64,000 bases of DNA from a virus. The stretch lies in IMG/VR virus record IMGVR_UViG_3300021141_000001; one strand, given 5' to 3'. Under the pieces are notes generated by a model that did not search any database, was not told the DNA's origin, and saw nothing but the letters and a program-made list of their open reading frames with translations. The position numbers and the translations under genes were made by a program. The stretch's first letter is position 1. Every line of letters begins with the position of its first letter. Shown in pieces: positions 18,740 to 28,534 of the stretch.

Positions 18740-19843
18740 TTAGTATATTTTATATATTTTTCTTCCATTTAACTCGTATAGATATTCAATTTCATCTTTA
18801 TTTGTCTCAGTTTTGACAAAATCTATAAACTCTTCTGGTGTTAAATTTAAAAATGCTGACTCCATTTGTGGTTCATCGGTTGAGTGTACTTGTATAAATA
18901 ATTCTTTGAATTTAATTGAATTTAAATAACTTCTAAGATTGTTATATAAATTTTCTGTTTTTAGAAAGTGATGGAAAATATTAAATGCTACGATTATATC
19001 AAAATTAAATTCAACATCAAAAAATGAATCTTCGATTATTTTATAATTCATTTCATATGATTTGTGTAGTTTTTTCATAACATTTAGATATTTACTGTCG
19101 GTCTCAATTGCTGTACAATTAAATCCTTCTAACTCAGCTTGATAACATATATTTCCAAAAAGACTACCTATATCTACTAAAGTACTGCCTATTGGGAGTT
19201 TTGTATTATTTTTTATAATATCAAATCTCACATCTGGCCACATAGTTTGTATGTCTGTGAAGTCTGGATGTGGTAAATTTTGATATGTTCTTCCATTCCA
19301 TAATTTATCACACATTTCTTTTATTTCTAATTTATACTTAGACCAATTTTCATGTACTCTAAATACTTTAACTGGTATAGTTTTAAAGTTTAATATTTTT
19401 GATATACACAATCTATGAGTTCCGTTTTTAGCAAATAAAAAACCACCTTCTCTATCAATTGATACGCAAATATCATCTTCTTCATAATATCCTTTTGGTA
19501 TCTCACCTGTTTCCTTCATATATTTATAAAGGTCTTTTAGATATTCTCCTCTTTTTAATATCAATTCAATTGAATTACAACTCCACATAGGGTTTCCATT
19601 ATTTAAATTTTCCAATAAATGAGTATATAATTTGGTTTCTATCCAAGGAGTTCCATTTTTTAAAAAATCAAATAAACTTCTATATATCATTAGTTCACTA
19701 AAATCTATCACATTAAGATCCCAATCTCCATTTTCTGTACATGTTTCTATAATAGAATTTATATCTTCTATATTATAGAATGGGCCACCACCATCAATAT
19801 TTGATTTTTTTATCTTTGATGGATTTATAAAAAGTGTTTTCAT
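18740..19843 (-). CDS. ParB/Srx-like domain fused to a class I SAM-dependent methyltransferase
   Basis: ICVSIDREG..NGTHRLCISKIL..IPVKV; LVDIGSLFGNIC, TAIETD, FNIFHHF. Confidence 0.65.
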   Translation of the reverse strand: MKTLFINPSKIKKSNIDGGGPFYNIEDINSIIETCTENGDWDLNVIDFSELMIYRSLFDFLKNGTPWIETKLYTHLLENLNNGNPMWSCNSIELILKRGEYLKDLYKYMKETGEIPKGYYEEDDICVSIDREGGFLFAKNGTHRLCISKILNFKTIPVKVFRVHENWSKYKLEIKEMCDKLWNGRTYQNLPHPDFTDIQTMWPDVRFDIIKNNTKLPIGSTLVDIGSLFGNICYQAELEGFNCTAIETDSKYLNVMKKLHKSYEMNYKIIEDSFFDVEFNFDIIVAFNIFHHFLKTENLYNNLRSYLNSIKFKELFIQVHSTDEPQMESAFLNLTPEEFIDFVKTETNKDEIEYLYELNGRKIYKIY

Positions 19844-22800
19844 TTTTTTACATAGTTTTTAATCAGTATTTCAGGACTGATTGGTTTATTGTTATTTGTA
19901 ATAAATTTGAATTCTTTTTTTGAAACCAAATTTTCTATTCTTTCGAAATTATTATCTTTAATTAAAAAGTTTTTTTCTCTATTTCTTAAAGGTGATTCAT
20001 TTGATATGCTAGTCATAGCACCCATGAGCGCAAATAGATTAATATCACTTGGATCTGATTTAAATATTTCCATTAATTTAGCTGGTAGTTCATCTAACCA
20101 ATTATATTTGAACACTTTCCATTTTTCCATTAAATCAAAATATCTTTCATATATTAATTGTTCTGTCCATTTTGGACTATGTTGACCAACAACCTCAGGG
20201 CACATTAGTGTTTCAAATCCGTCATTTTGTAACCTTGACATTTGTTCAACTTCACAAGATATTATTTCTAAATTGTATGGGTATTTTTTTAAGATGGTGT
20301 GTTTGTAGCCTTTTATACCGTAGATATCAAAATCTAAATGAACATCATTTAACATATGAGTAACTGTACTTATATTTTCTTCAGTTTTTATTAACCTGTC
20401 ATATATTTTTTCAATTGTATCTTCATATAAAATCATATCTTCATCAACTTGTATGTAGTAATCTGTTTTACAATCATCTATCATTTTTTGAAATGCTTTA
20501 GACATTGGTGCTATGTCTTTTATTTCGATTAAATTAAATTTCACAGTTTGGTTTAATAAAGATTTTAAACAATCTTCATAATTTGGATTTTGACCACATC
20601 TTATTATAAATACTGTTAAATAATCCGATAAATCTTTAGAACTATTTGTAAATAAATTTGACTTTTCTTTTGATAAAACATTTAAGAAGAAGTTAGCAAA
20701 CTTATTAGCGGTTTTTTTATAAGTAAAGTTTTCTAAGACAACCTCTCTTGCTTTTTTACCAACTTCTTTACATTCTGTTCTATTTTTTTTAAGATTATTA
20801 ATTATTTTAATAAAGTCTTCTTTACTCTCACCTGTAAAACAAGGTATTAACTTAGATAATTCATTATCATTTCTAATTAACATTGGAACCTCACAAAGAC
20901 CTGCTTCTAAAAAAGTTTGTGGACCACCTTCTGATGTACTAAAGTTTATACATATATCAGCCTTATTATAATAATTAACAAGATCGTCGTTATTAACGTT
21001 TGTACAGGTTATTAATTTTATATCAGCCTTGTTACAAATTTCAACTATATCCTCATAGTTTTTTACCTTTCTGTTAGTGTTACCTACAAAGATTGCCGTA
21101 AATTCATTTTCTTTTACATTATCTATATGATAGAATTTTTCTTCATCAGCAGAATCGTGTATTATAGTTTGTGGATAATCCTGAGGTAAAAATTTACATA
21201 TAGAATTCTTTAAATAGTTATTAACAAAAACACCACCTCTACTTGCCTTGAAAAACTCAGAGATTTTTTCTTCACTAAAATATGAATTTTCTAGCCAAAA
21301 AGCTGAGTAACATCCTCTGATCACATTATCACCATCTGGTATACATCTTTCAGCTTCCCACATTACAAATATTAAATCCCATTCATCTGATATAACGTTA
21401 TCTCTTTTTTGATGTATATCTCTAGCGTACTTTATAGTGTATTCTATTTTATCTGGATATGGATTATATTTAACTACTGATTTTGCTATATTATCAAATG
21501 CCCAATCTTTTACATCTGGTAATAATAGAATTTTTTTCTTTTTTATAATATTAAAATTTGAAAGATTCCATCTTACTAAATTTGAATATGTAATGATATT
21601 TTTTGATTCTCTTATATCAGAGCTTTCAACATCAGATATCACTATATTTGGATAGAATGTATAGCACTTACCGTAATTATTTGATTGTATCTCGGATAAT
21701 AAGTTATCTACAGATTTTCTTTTTGTTTCTAATAGATTTATCACATCGTCATATATTGATGATTCAATCGCATAAGCAAAGGTCCCTAGCGTGTTCTTAC
21801 ACAAGTAGAAACAATCTTTTTCTTCAATTCCGCTCCAGTTGAATTGACTAGCCCCTAAATAAACAATACTCCAATCTATTTTTGATATTTTTTTGATACT
21901 TTCTGTAAAGTCTTTACTAAATGTTATATCATCTTCAAAAATTAATATTCTTTTATAATTATTTATTTTTGCTGTTTTAATCAATTCTATGTGTGATAGT
22001 AGACAAGCTAGTGAGTTTTTATTTTCAATTAAGCCATTTAAACTAGCACTTTCACCGGTTAGTCTATTCGGATTATATTTATTTAGTATATTATTAAATT
22101 CTTCATCACTAATTGTCAGACCATTTATTGCTTCAAATCTTTCAACTTCTATTAAGTTTTCATTAAATAATTTTTCAACTCTTTCCCATCTATCTTTTTT
22201 ATTTTGTAAATTAATACAATAGATTTTATCAAAGTATTTATTTATATCAAATGATTGTTCGGTTTCATTCAAAAATAATTCATTTTCTATAAATCTTTTA
22301 GTTTTTCTACCTTCCCAGTTTTGACATGTTTGACCAAGATGTAGAACGGTCGTATTTAATTCGGTCTCGTTTTTATTAAATGTGTCTCTGAATATAATAT
22401 CACTCCAGGCAGCATCATTTGAGTTTTCTGGAAAAATATTTGATTTTTTTTGAAATTTTTTAATATTAAACATTTGAAAGTATCCAAATCCTTTGGCTCT
22501 TTCTAATCTTCCTACATCTTTATTATTTAGAAAATCTAAAAATAGTTCATAACTATCAAGTATTAGTCTTTTACAAACTATTAAATTTTGATGAATTAAA
22601 TTTGTTTTTTCTAATACTTCTAAGAAATCATCTTGTAAATAAATATCAGCATCTAATAGTAAAATCCATTCTGGATTTTTTAAAGATTTTATACCTTCAT
22701 TTATTGCTTTACCTTTATTGAAGATAGCTCCGTCTTCATACATTCTTTCCGTTATAATACAATTTGCTCCAAATTTTTTACATAATTCTTGACAGATTAT

Positions 22801-23475
22801 ATCATTTTTTGATGTTACGACAGTTACGTTTGAAACTTTTGTCGTACTTTTAAGAGTTATTGACAGAAAATCATTGTAGTTAACTGATACTATAATAATG
22901 TCTAATTTAATATTTGTTTCATTTGATAACTCTTTTCGTCTTTTGTTTAAGTAAGACTCCTTTCGTCTCACATTTTTTTCTAACAAACTTCTTGATATAT
23001 TTGGTTGTCTTTTTTCGGGTATTATATTATCTTCATTCTTTATTAATAGATTTTTTCTTTCTATTAAAATTTTATTATTTGATGTGTTTATTCTTAATAT
23101 ACTATCTATGTTATCGCCCATTTCTAACTCAGTATTTTTATTAAAAATATAACAACCGTCATCTATTTTAATAGTTTTGTCTACAGGTGTTTCCAAATTT
23201 ATTAGACTATTATTGAATTTAATAAATGGATTTGAGAATATAAATACATCATCATTATAAATTCTTTTACAATATTCAATTATTTCTCTATCTGTATAGC
23301 CATTTTTAATAACTAACTTAACTTTATTGTTTTTTGGTAATACAATATTTGTATTATTATAAAAAATAACTATATTTGATATAAAACTAATATCTGAATT
23401 GTTGATTAAACATTCGATTAAATCTTTTTGATAGGCTTCGTTAGCAAATGGTGTTACTTTATTAATAAGAATCAT
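19840..23475 (-). CDS. Multi-module glycosyltransferase (GT2-like + GT25-like + GT4-like + GT2-like)
   Basis: FNKGKAINEG/LLLDAD; YCINL..RWER/CLLSH/IFEDD; STSEGGPQTFLEAG; YIQVDEDM. Confidence 0.8.
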   Translation of the reverse strand: MILINKVTPFANEAYQKDLIECLINNSDISFISNIVIFYNNTNIVLPKNNKVKLVIKNGYTDREIIEYCKRIYNDDVFIFSNPFIKFNNSLINLETPVDKTIKIDDGCYIFNKNTELEMGDNIDSILRINTSNNKILIERKNLLIKNEDNIIPEKRQPNISRSLLEKNVRRKESYLNKRRKELSNETNIKLDIIIVSVNYNDFLSITLKSTTKVSNVTVVTSKNDIICQELCKKFGANCIITERMYEDGAIFNKGKAINEGIKSLKNPEWILLLDADIYLQDDFLEVLEKTNLIHQNLIVCKRLILDSYELFLDFLNNKDVGRLERAKGFGYFQMFNIKKFQKKSNIFPENSNDAAWSDIIFRDTFNKNETELNTTVLHLGQTCQNWEGRKTKRFIENELFLNETEQSFDINKYFDKIYCINLQNKKDRWERVEKLFNENLIEVERFEAINGLTISDEEFNNILNKYNPNRLTGESASLNGLIENKNSLACLLSHIELIKTAKINNYKRILIFEDDITFSKDFTESIKKISKIDWSIVYLGASQFNWSGIEEKDCFYLCKNTLGTFAYAIESSIYDDVINLLETKRKSVDNLLSEIQSNNYGKCYTFYPNIVISDVESSDIRESKNIITYSNLVRWNLSNFNIIKKKKILLLPDVKDWAFDNIAKSVVKYNPYPDKIEYTIKYARDIHQKRDNVISDEWDLIFVMWEAERCIPDGDNVIRGCYSAFWLENSYFSEEKISEFFKASRGGVFVNNYLKNSICKFLPQDYPQTIIHDSADEEKFYHIDNVKENEFTAIFVGNTNRKVKNYEDIVEICNKADIKLITCTNVNNDDLVNYYNKADICINFSTSEGGPQTFLEAGLCEVPMLIRNDNELSKLIPCFTGESKEDFIKIINNLKKNRTECKEVGKKAREVVLENFTYKKTANKFANFFLNVLSKEKSNLFTNSSKDLSDYLTVFIIRCGQNPNYEDCLKSLLNQTVKFNLIEIKDIAPMSKAFQKMIDDCKTDYYIQVDEDMILYEDTIEKIYDRLIKTEENISTVTHMLNDVHLDFDIYGIKGYKHTILKKYPYNLEIISCEVEQMSRLQNDGFETLMCPEVVGQHSPKWTEQLIYERYFDLMEKWKVFKYNWLDELPAKLMEIFKSDPSDINLFALMGAMTSISNESPLRNREKNFLIKDNNFERIENLVSKKEFKFITNNNKPISPEILIKNYVKK

Positions 23476-23514
23476 ATTTGTTATATATAAAAAAATATTG
23501 TTTTTAACAGAAAA

Positions 23515-23916
23515 ATGGAGAAAAAAGTAGGAAGAATTGAAAATATTTCTTTTCCGGAACTTAAAATAGAAAAGATAAAGGCAAAAGTAGATACTGGTGC
23601 TTATGGAGTTGCTTTACATGTTGATAGTATAAAACTTGAAGATGGTAAGTTATATTTTACAGTTGGTAATGAAGAGTTTTCTTATAATAAATTCAAAACT
23701 ATTATAGTTAAAAATTCATTTGGTAAAGTTCAGAAAAGATTTTCTATATTTACTAAATTAACAATTGGTGATTCAATATATAAATTTTATGTATCTTTAA
23801 CAGATAGAAAAAAAATGAGATATCCTGTTTTAATAGGTAGAAGATTCCTTTACAAATTCAACTATTTAGTTGATGTAACAAAAAAGAATATAAATGATAG
23901 AAATAAAAAGGTGTAA
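23515..23916 (+). CDS. RimK-associated retropepsin-like putative protease
   Basis: AKVDTGA, VKNSFG, LTDRKKMRYPVLIGRRFL. Confidence 0.85.
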   Translation: MEKKVGRIENISFPELKIEKIKAKVDTGAYGVALHVDSIKLEDGKLYFTVGNEEFSYNKFKTIIVKNSFGKVQKRFSIFTKLTIGDSIYKFYVSLTDRKKMRYPVLIGRRFLYKFNYLVDVTKKNINDRNKKV

Positions 23917-24424
23917 TTATATTACCGGAAATCCTTCAGACGTTTCTTATGCTGTTAAGAAAATAGTTGACTTCTTAGATATGGAGGGTAGAAATCCGGT
24001 CTTATTTTGTAAACCAAGAAGTTCAAACTCTACTGCTACTACACTTAAATATTTAATGGAACCTAAAATAAACTTCAATAATATTGAAGATTTTACAGAA
24101 GTATTAAATAATAAAGGTAATCTATTTAGAGTTGATTTATTAGTATTCGATTTTTGGCATTTGAGTGTTTCTTCAATAATAGAATATAAACAAGTTATTG
24201 ATAAATTAAATATTGATTATATAATATTAGCCAAAGAGTATCATTATAAATCATCTGAGGATGTTAATGATTATCATGTTAAAATTGAATCTAGAGAATT
24301 ATATCACAGTGAATACTCAATAACTGATAAAATATCTGGATGGACTTCAAACTTAGAAAATTTATCAAAATCTTACATTCGTAATAAAAAAATTGACGAT
24401 ATTTTCAATAAAAATGATGAATAA
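23894..24424 (+). CDS. Possible degenerate RecA/DnaB-like domain with C-terminal RxxKI tag
   Basis: NYITGNPSDVS (no Walker A), VDLLVFDF (Walker-B-like), ends YIRNKKIDDIFNKNDE*. Confidence 0.45.
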   Translation: MIEIKRCNYITGNPSDVSYAVKKIVDFLDMEGRNPVLFCKPRSSNSTATTLKYLMEPKINFNNIEDFTEVLNNKGNLFRVDLLVFDFWHLSVSSIIEYKQVIDKLNIDYIILAKEYHYKSSEDVNDYHVKIESRELYHSEYSITDKISGWTSNLENLSKSYIRNKKIDDIFNKNDE

Positions 24425-24425
24425 T

Positions 24426-24456
24426 TTTGTAATTGTTAATAAGTTGTTTATATTTG
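24426..24456 (+). promoter_or_regulatory. Bacteroidota-type promoter
   Basis: TTTG 24426-29, 19-nt spacer, TATATTTG 24449-56. Confidence 0.7.
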
Positions 24457-24480
24457 TATAATAAATATAATTATACATTC

Positions 24481-25575
24481 ATGAGAATACGCAGAAAGTT
24501 TTTACAACTTACGAAATACACTTATCCACACGGCACAGAGGGATTTTTAAAATCATATCTTCCGGAAGGTACTAAAAAAGATGCCTATGGTAATTTTTAC
24601 TACCTAATTGGTGAGGATCCTACAACAATGTTTACTTGTCATTTAGATACTGCTTGTTCTAAACAAGTAAAAGTAAATCATGTTCAAACACAAAATATAA
24701 TTAAGACTGACGGTTCTTCTATTTTAGGAGCCGATGATAAAGCAGGAATGGTTGTTATTCTTAATATGATTGAGAATAAAGTTCCAGGTCTTTATTATTT
24801 CTTTATTGGCGAGGAAGTTGGTTGTGTTGGTTCTAGTAAATTAGCTCAAAATTGGGTAAATAGTGAATTCAGTTATACTATTTCTAAAGTTGTTTCTTTT
24901 GATAGAAGAAGTACCGGATCTGTTATTACACATCAATGGTATGGTCGTTGTTGTTCTGATGAATTTGCTGATGAATTATCTTTTAGATTAAATGGAACCG
25001 GTCAAAGATTAAAACTTGAACCAGATGATACGGGTGTTTTAACAGACTCTGCCCAATTTATGGATATCGTACCAGAGTGTACTAATATTTCAGTTGGTTA
25101 TATGTATGAACATACAACCGGTGAGTATCAAGATATTGAGTTTCTACAAAGACTTTGTAAAGCTGTTTGTTTAATTGATTGGGAATCACTTCCTGTTGAA
25201 AGAAATCCATATGATATTTCAAATGAAGATGATGATGATGATGATTTAGAATTTTCAACAGATGATGAAGTTTATTCAGAAGAATACTATTCTTACTTTT
25301 CAGTAAATGGTAAAACAAAGAAAATGTATATTGCTACTGATTTGATAAAAAAAGAAACTGAATTAATCAGAAATTATTTAACAAATAATGGTTATGGTGA
25401 TATGTATGGTATTACCTGGAATGGTCATAAGTGTTATGCTCAAAATGAAACAAATTGTTATGACTTTGTTGGCTCTCGTACAGATCTTATGGATGTGATA
25501 TCTGAATTGTGTTCAGTTCCTTTGAATAAGATTAAAGAGAAATTGAGAAATGATATTAGTCATTTAGTATTCTAA
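24481..25575 (+). CDS. M28/M20-family zinc peptidase (paralog of 6493-7848)
   Basis: TYPHG, TTMFTCHLDT, LGADDKAG, GEEVG, SFDRR, PECTNISVGY..EHT; ATG 24481 preferred. Confidence 0.85.
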   Translation: MRIRRKFLQLTKYTYPHGTEGFLKSYLPEGTKKDAYGNFYYLIGEDPTTMFTCHLDTACSKQVKVNHVQTQNIIKTDGSSILGADDKAGMVVILNMIENKVPGLYYFFIGEEVGCVGSSKLAQNWVNSEFSYTISKVVSFDRRSTGSVITHQWYGRCCSDEFADELSFRLNGTGQRLKLEPDDTGVLTDSAQFMDIVPECTNISVGYMYEHTTGEYQDIEFLQRLCKAVCLIDWESLPVERNPYDISNEDDDDDDLEFSTDDEVYSEEYYSYFSVNGKTKKMYIATDLIKKETELIRNYLTNNGYGDMYGITWNGHKCYAQNETNCYDFVGSRTDLMDVISELCSVPLNKIKEKLRNDISHLVF

Positions 25576-25577
25576 AT

Positions 25578-25607
25578 AAAAAAAGAGAACTTAAAGTTCT
25601 CTTTTTT
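25578..25607. terminator. Bidirectional terminator
   Basis: AAAAAAAGAGAAC-TTAAA-GTTCTCTTTTTT. Confidence 0.8.
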
Positions 25608-25608
25608 G

Positions 25609-25794
25609 TTATCCTAATATTAAACCAGGTGCTTTATATTGTTTTTGAGAAACTATCTCTAACATTTGATTAGTTGATAATTCATTTGGATTCCAACCTT
25701 TGTTTTTAGAGTATTCGTGTAAAAACTTTTCTCTTAACATGTTTATTTCTTCTTGAGATAAACTGGAATTCTTGATTAATTCTGAATCTTTCAT
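25609..25794 (-). CDS. Small hypothetical protein
   Basis: ORF in an operon with 25810-26238. Confidence 0.6.
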   Translation of the reverse strand: MKDSELIKNSSLSQEEINMLREKFLHEYSKNKGWNPNELSTNQMLEIVSQKQYKAPGLILG

Positions 25795-25809
25795 AATTTT
25801 ATTTAATTT

Positions 25810-26238
25810 TTATAATAAAAATAGGTATATAAATATTTGAGCTAAAACTCCAATTACCATACCTAATGTTCTTTTACTGTATGTAGTTAGTGGTGTGAAT
25901 CTTGGAAATGTTTTAGACTCATCTTTCCATCTTTTTGGATAAGATCTTCCATCTAATTTATTTCTTGTATAGTAATAAGTTCCATTGTGAAAGAAATTAA
26001 ACATTAAGAATATACAAGCCAAACAAAGTAGTGAAAACCAACCAAGTGTGTGTACCATGAAACCACCAGTTATTAACATAACTAAAACTCTTTGTAGGTT
26101 AAAGATAGGATTTATATCAAAATCACATACTCTTCTACTGTTATTTTCATAGTGCCAGTAGAAACCTTCTCTTACTCCTTCTGTTAGTGCGTAACCAACC
26201 CAAATCAAATTTGTTAATATAAGTGTTATTAGTATCAT
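25810..26238 (-). CDS. Membrane protein (3-4 hydrophobic segments)
   Basis: Hydrophobic stretches; TTATATATA upstream on the minus strand. Confidence 0.7.
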   Translation of the reverse strand: MILITLILTNLIWVGYALTEGVREGFYWHYENNSRRVCDFDINPIFNLQRVLVMLITGGFMVHTLGWFSLLCLACIFLMFNFFHNGTYYYTRNKLDGRSYPKRWKDESKTFPRFTPLTTYSKRTLGMVIGVLAQIFIYLFLL

Positions 26239-26288
26239 ATACCTAATTATTTATTGTATATATAAATTTTTATTTGTATCTTTGTTCC

Positions 26289-26762
26289 ATGTTAGAAATG
26301 AAAGGCATATTAGAATTCGACCCAGTTAACGTCACCAAGAAGCACTTAGCACAGTCTTCTTGGAAGAGAACTGCTATGGTTAGATTTGACTGTGACCTTT
26401 ATGCTTACTACTCTTGGTTCTTAGAAAAAAGATTCAACTTAAAACTAAACAAACCTTTAAGAGGAACTCACTTAACTATCATCAATGATAGATTTGAGTC
26501 TGATGAATTATATGCTCAAGCTCGTCAGTTATTTCACGGTAAAGAAATCACTGTAAAATACGATCCTGCTTTAATTCGTGCTAATCACAAAGGTCACTGG
26601 TGGATTGGTGCTGATAGTGATGATGCTAGAAACATTAGAAGTGTTATTGGATTAGATCCTAACCCTTACTTTGGTTTTCACATCACTGTTGGTTTAGCTA
26701 CTCACTTACAATTAGAACACTCTAAATATATCTTAGACCAATGTATAAGATTCAGCCTGTAA
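26289..26762 (+). CDS. 2H phosphoesterase family protein
   Basis: Two HxT motifs, GTHLTII and GFHITVG; TATCTTTG -7 box at 26277-84. Confidence 0.75.
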   Translation: MLEMKGILEFDPVNVTKKHLAQSSWKRTAMVRFDCDLYAYYSWFLEKRFNLKLNKPLRGTHLTIINDRFESDELYAQARQLFHGKEITVKYDPALIRANHKGHWWIGADSDDARNIRSVIGLDPNPYFGFHITVGLATHLQLEHSKYILDQCIRFSL

Positions 26763-26818
26763 TATAAACTTTAATAGGTCATTAAAGTATAAATTAAAAA
26801 TTAAAAATTAAAAATAAT

Positions 26819-27658
26819 ATGAATTATTGGATTACTTATTCTGATAAAAACTATATGAAAAATACAGATATTTTATTAAGTCTGTTAGATAAATTTTCAA
26901 ATATAAAATTAATATTTTTTACTCTTGGTTTTGAGTATGATAATAATTATGAAAATGTTATTCCTATTTATTATGATTTAAATGGTAAAGGTATACCAGA
27001 GATTAAGTTTCTAAAGGCTGAGTTGTGTCAAAAAGCTTTAGAATATGATAAAGAAGCTAACTTTTGTTTTTTAGATGCTGATATTACACCAACTAGGAAT
27101 TGTGATTCTATATTTAATAATATTAACTATATCACAAATTATCCTTTAGTTACAAGACATGCTTATGATTTTATAAATCACTTCAATCAGGAGATTGATA
27201 AAAATCATGAGATAAATCTCTTAAATTATATAGATTCGTCTATTGATAAAAGAACATTGTTTTACAAACAAACTTGTGTTGTTCTTTTTAATTATGGATG
27301 TTTAGATATAATTAATCAATGGGTTGTTTTATGTAATGATAAATTTATTGTTGATAATAAAAATAAATTTGCTCCAGTTCATGAAGAAAGTATCTTAAAT
27401 GCTTTATTATGGAAATATGACTATAATAATTGTTTACAAGAATTACATATGGATGTTCCTCACTTCAACTATAACAATGTTTTTGATTTTATTCATACTT
27501 TGAGAAATCCAAAGGATTATGCGGACTTTTTCTGTGACTGGGTAAAAGTGCCATCTAGAGAAAGTATAAATAATGTTTGCTTTCTACATGGTTTAATCTA
27601 CAATGATGCTAAAATTCCACTATTACATTTTTTAGAAAAGTATTTCCAAAATGGATGA
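26819..27658 (+). CDS. Putative GT-A glycosyltransferase
   Basis: FCFLDADI (DxD), HEESILNALLWK, FLHG. Confidence 0.6.
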   Translation: MNYWITYSDKNYMKNTDILLSLLDKFSNIKLIFFTLGFEYDNNYENVIPIYYDLNGKGIPEIKFLKAELCQKALEYDKEANFCFLDADITPTRNCDSIFNNINYITNYPLVTRHAYDFINHFNQEIDKNHEINLLNYIDSSIDKRTLFYKQTCVVLFNYGCLDIINQWVVLCNDKFIVDNKNKFAPVHEESILNALLWKYDYNNCLQELHMDVPHFNYNNVFDFIHTLRNPKDYADFFCDWVKVPSRESINNVCFLHGLIYNDAKIPLLHFLEKYFQNG

Positions 27659-28001
27659 TTTTTTTGATAGCTTTAAGGGTAAGCCTAAATATGACCATAA
27701 AGTCAGAGTAGTTCATTTTAAGAAAGAACACTTTGATATTTATATTGGTCGACTTCCAAATGGTAAGTACAATAAATGGGCTTACCCTAAAGAACTTCGT
27801 GAATCATTTCTAGAAGGAACACCAAGAAAAACAATCGTAGATGCTTATGAGAATTATCTCATAAATAATGAAGAACTAATGAATTCACTTCATGAATTAA
27901 AAGATAAAGTTCTTGGATGTTGGTGTAAAGATGAAGGTGGTAAAGGTAAATCTTGCCACGGTGATATTTTAGTAAAGTGGGTAAAAAGGAATTGTAATTA
28001 A
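27651..28001 (+). CDS. DUF4326-family protein
   Basis: DIYIGR, ELKDKVLGCWCK, CHGDIL. Confidence 0.85.
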   Translation: MDDFFDSFKGKPKYDHKVRVVHFKKEHFDIYIGRLPNGKYNKWAYPKELRESFLEGTPRKTIVDAYENYLINNEELMNSLHELKDKVLGCWCKDEGGKGKSCHGDILVKWVKRNCN

Positions 28002-28003
28002 AT

Positions 28004-28519
28004 TTATTTAGTCTTACTTGAAATCCAAGCACTGGCTAGTATAGAAATAGTTAAGGCCATTGCGCCAGTAAAAACTCCCCAGAAATTATTATTTATAACA
28101 CCACTAACAATCATAAATATTGACAAAATTGGACCTCCAAGTCCAAAAATATATGAAAAGAATTTCAATAATTTCTCTTTAATATAGTCACCAAGACCTT
28201 CTTGAACTGCCTCAAGTTCTTTATCTTTATTTCTCATTATTATTTCTCTATCTAACCACTCTTTTACTAATACTGGATTTGTTAAATCTTCTAAAGTACA
28301 TCCAAACTTTTCAGTTAATTTTTCTAACTCTTCAGAGACTTTTAATTTATCCAAACTATTCATTTTATTTATTATGTCAGTAGTCTCATGCTTAATTTTC
28401 ACATCTTCTTCTTTGTTTAAGTGTAAATCCTCAACATTATATTGATATAAATCTTTATCATGAAAATGTAGATGAGTAGTGTTCTCATTAAATTGTTTAA
28501 AGGTCTTTATTGATTTCAT
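28004..28519 (-). CDS. CTS-leader protein with two C-terminal TM helices
   Basis: MKSIKTFKQFNE; VQE|GLGDYIKEKL; hydrophobic C-terminus. Confidence 0.7.
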   Translation of the reverse strand: MKSIKTFKQFNENTTHLHFHDKDLYQYNVEDLHLNKEEDVKIKHETTDIINKMNSLDKLKVSEELEKLTEKFGCTLEDLTNPVLVKEWLDREIIMRNKDKELEAVQEGLGDYIKEKLLKFFSYIFGLGGPILSIFMIVSGVINNNFWGVFTGAMALTISILASAWISSKTK

Positions 28520-28534
28520 TCTAAATTTAATATT

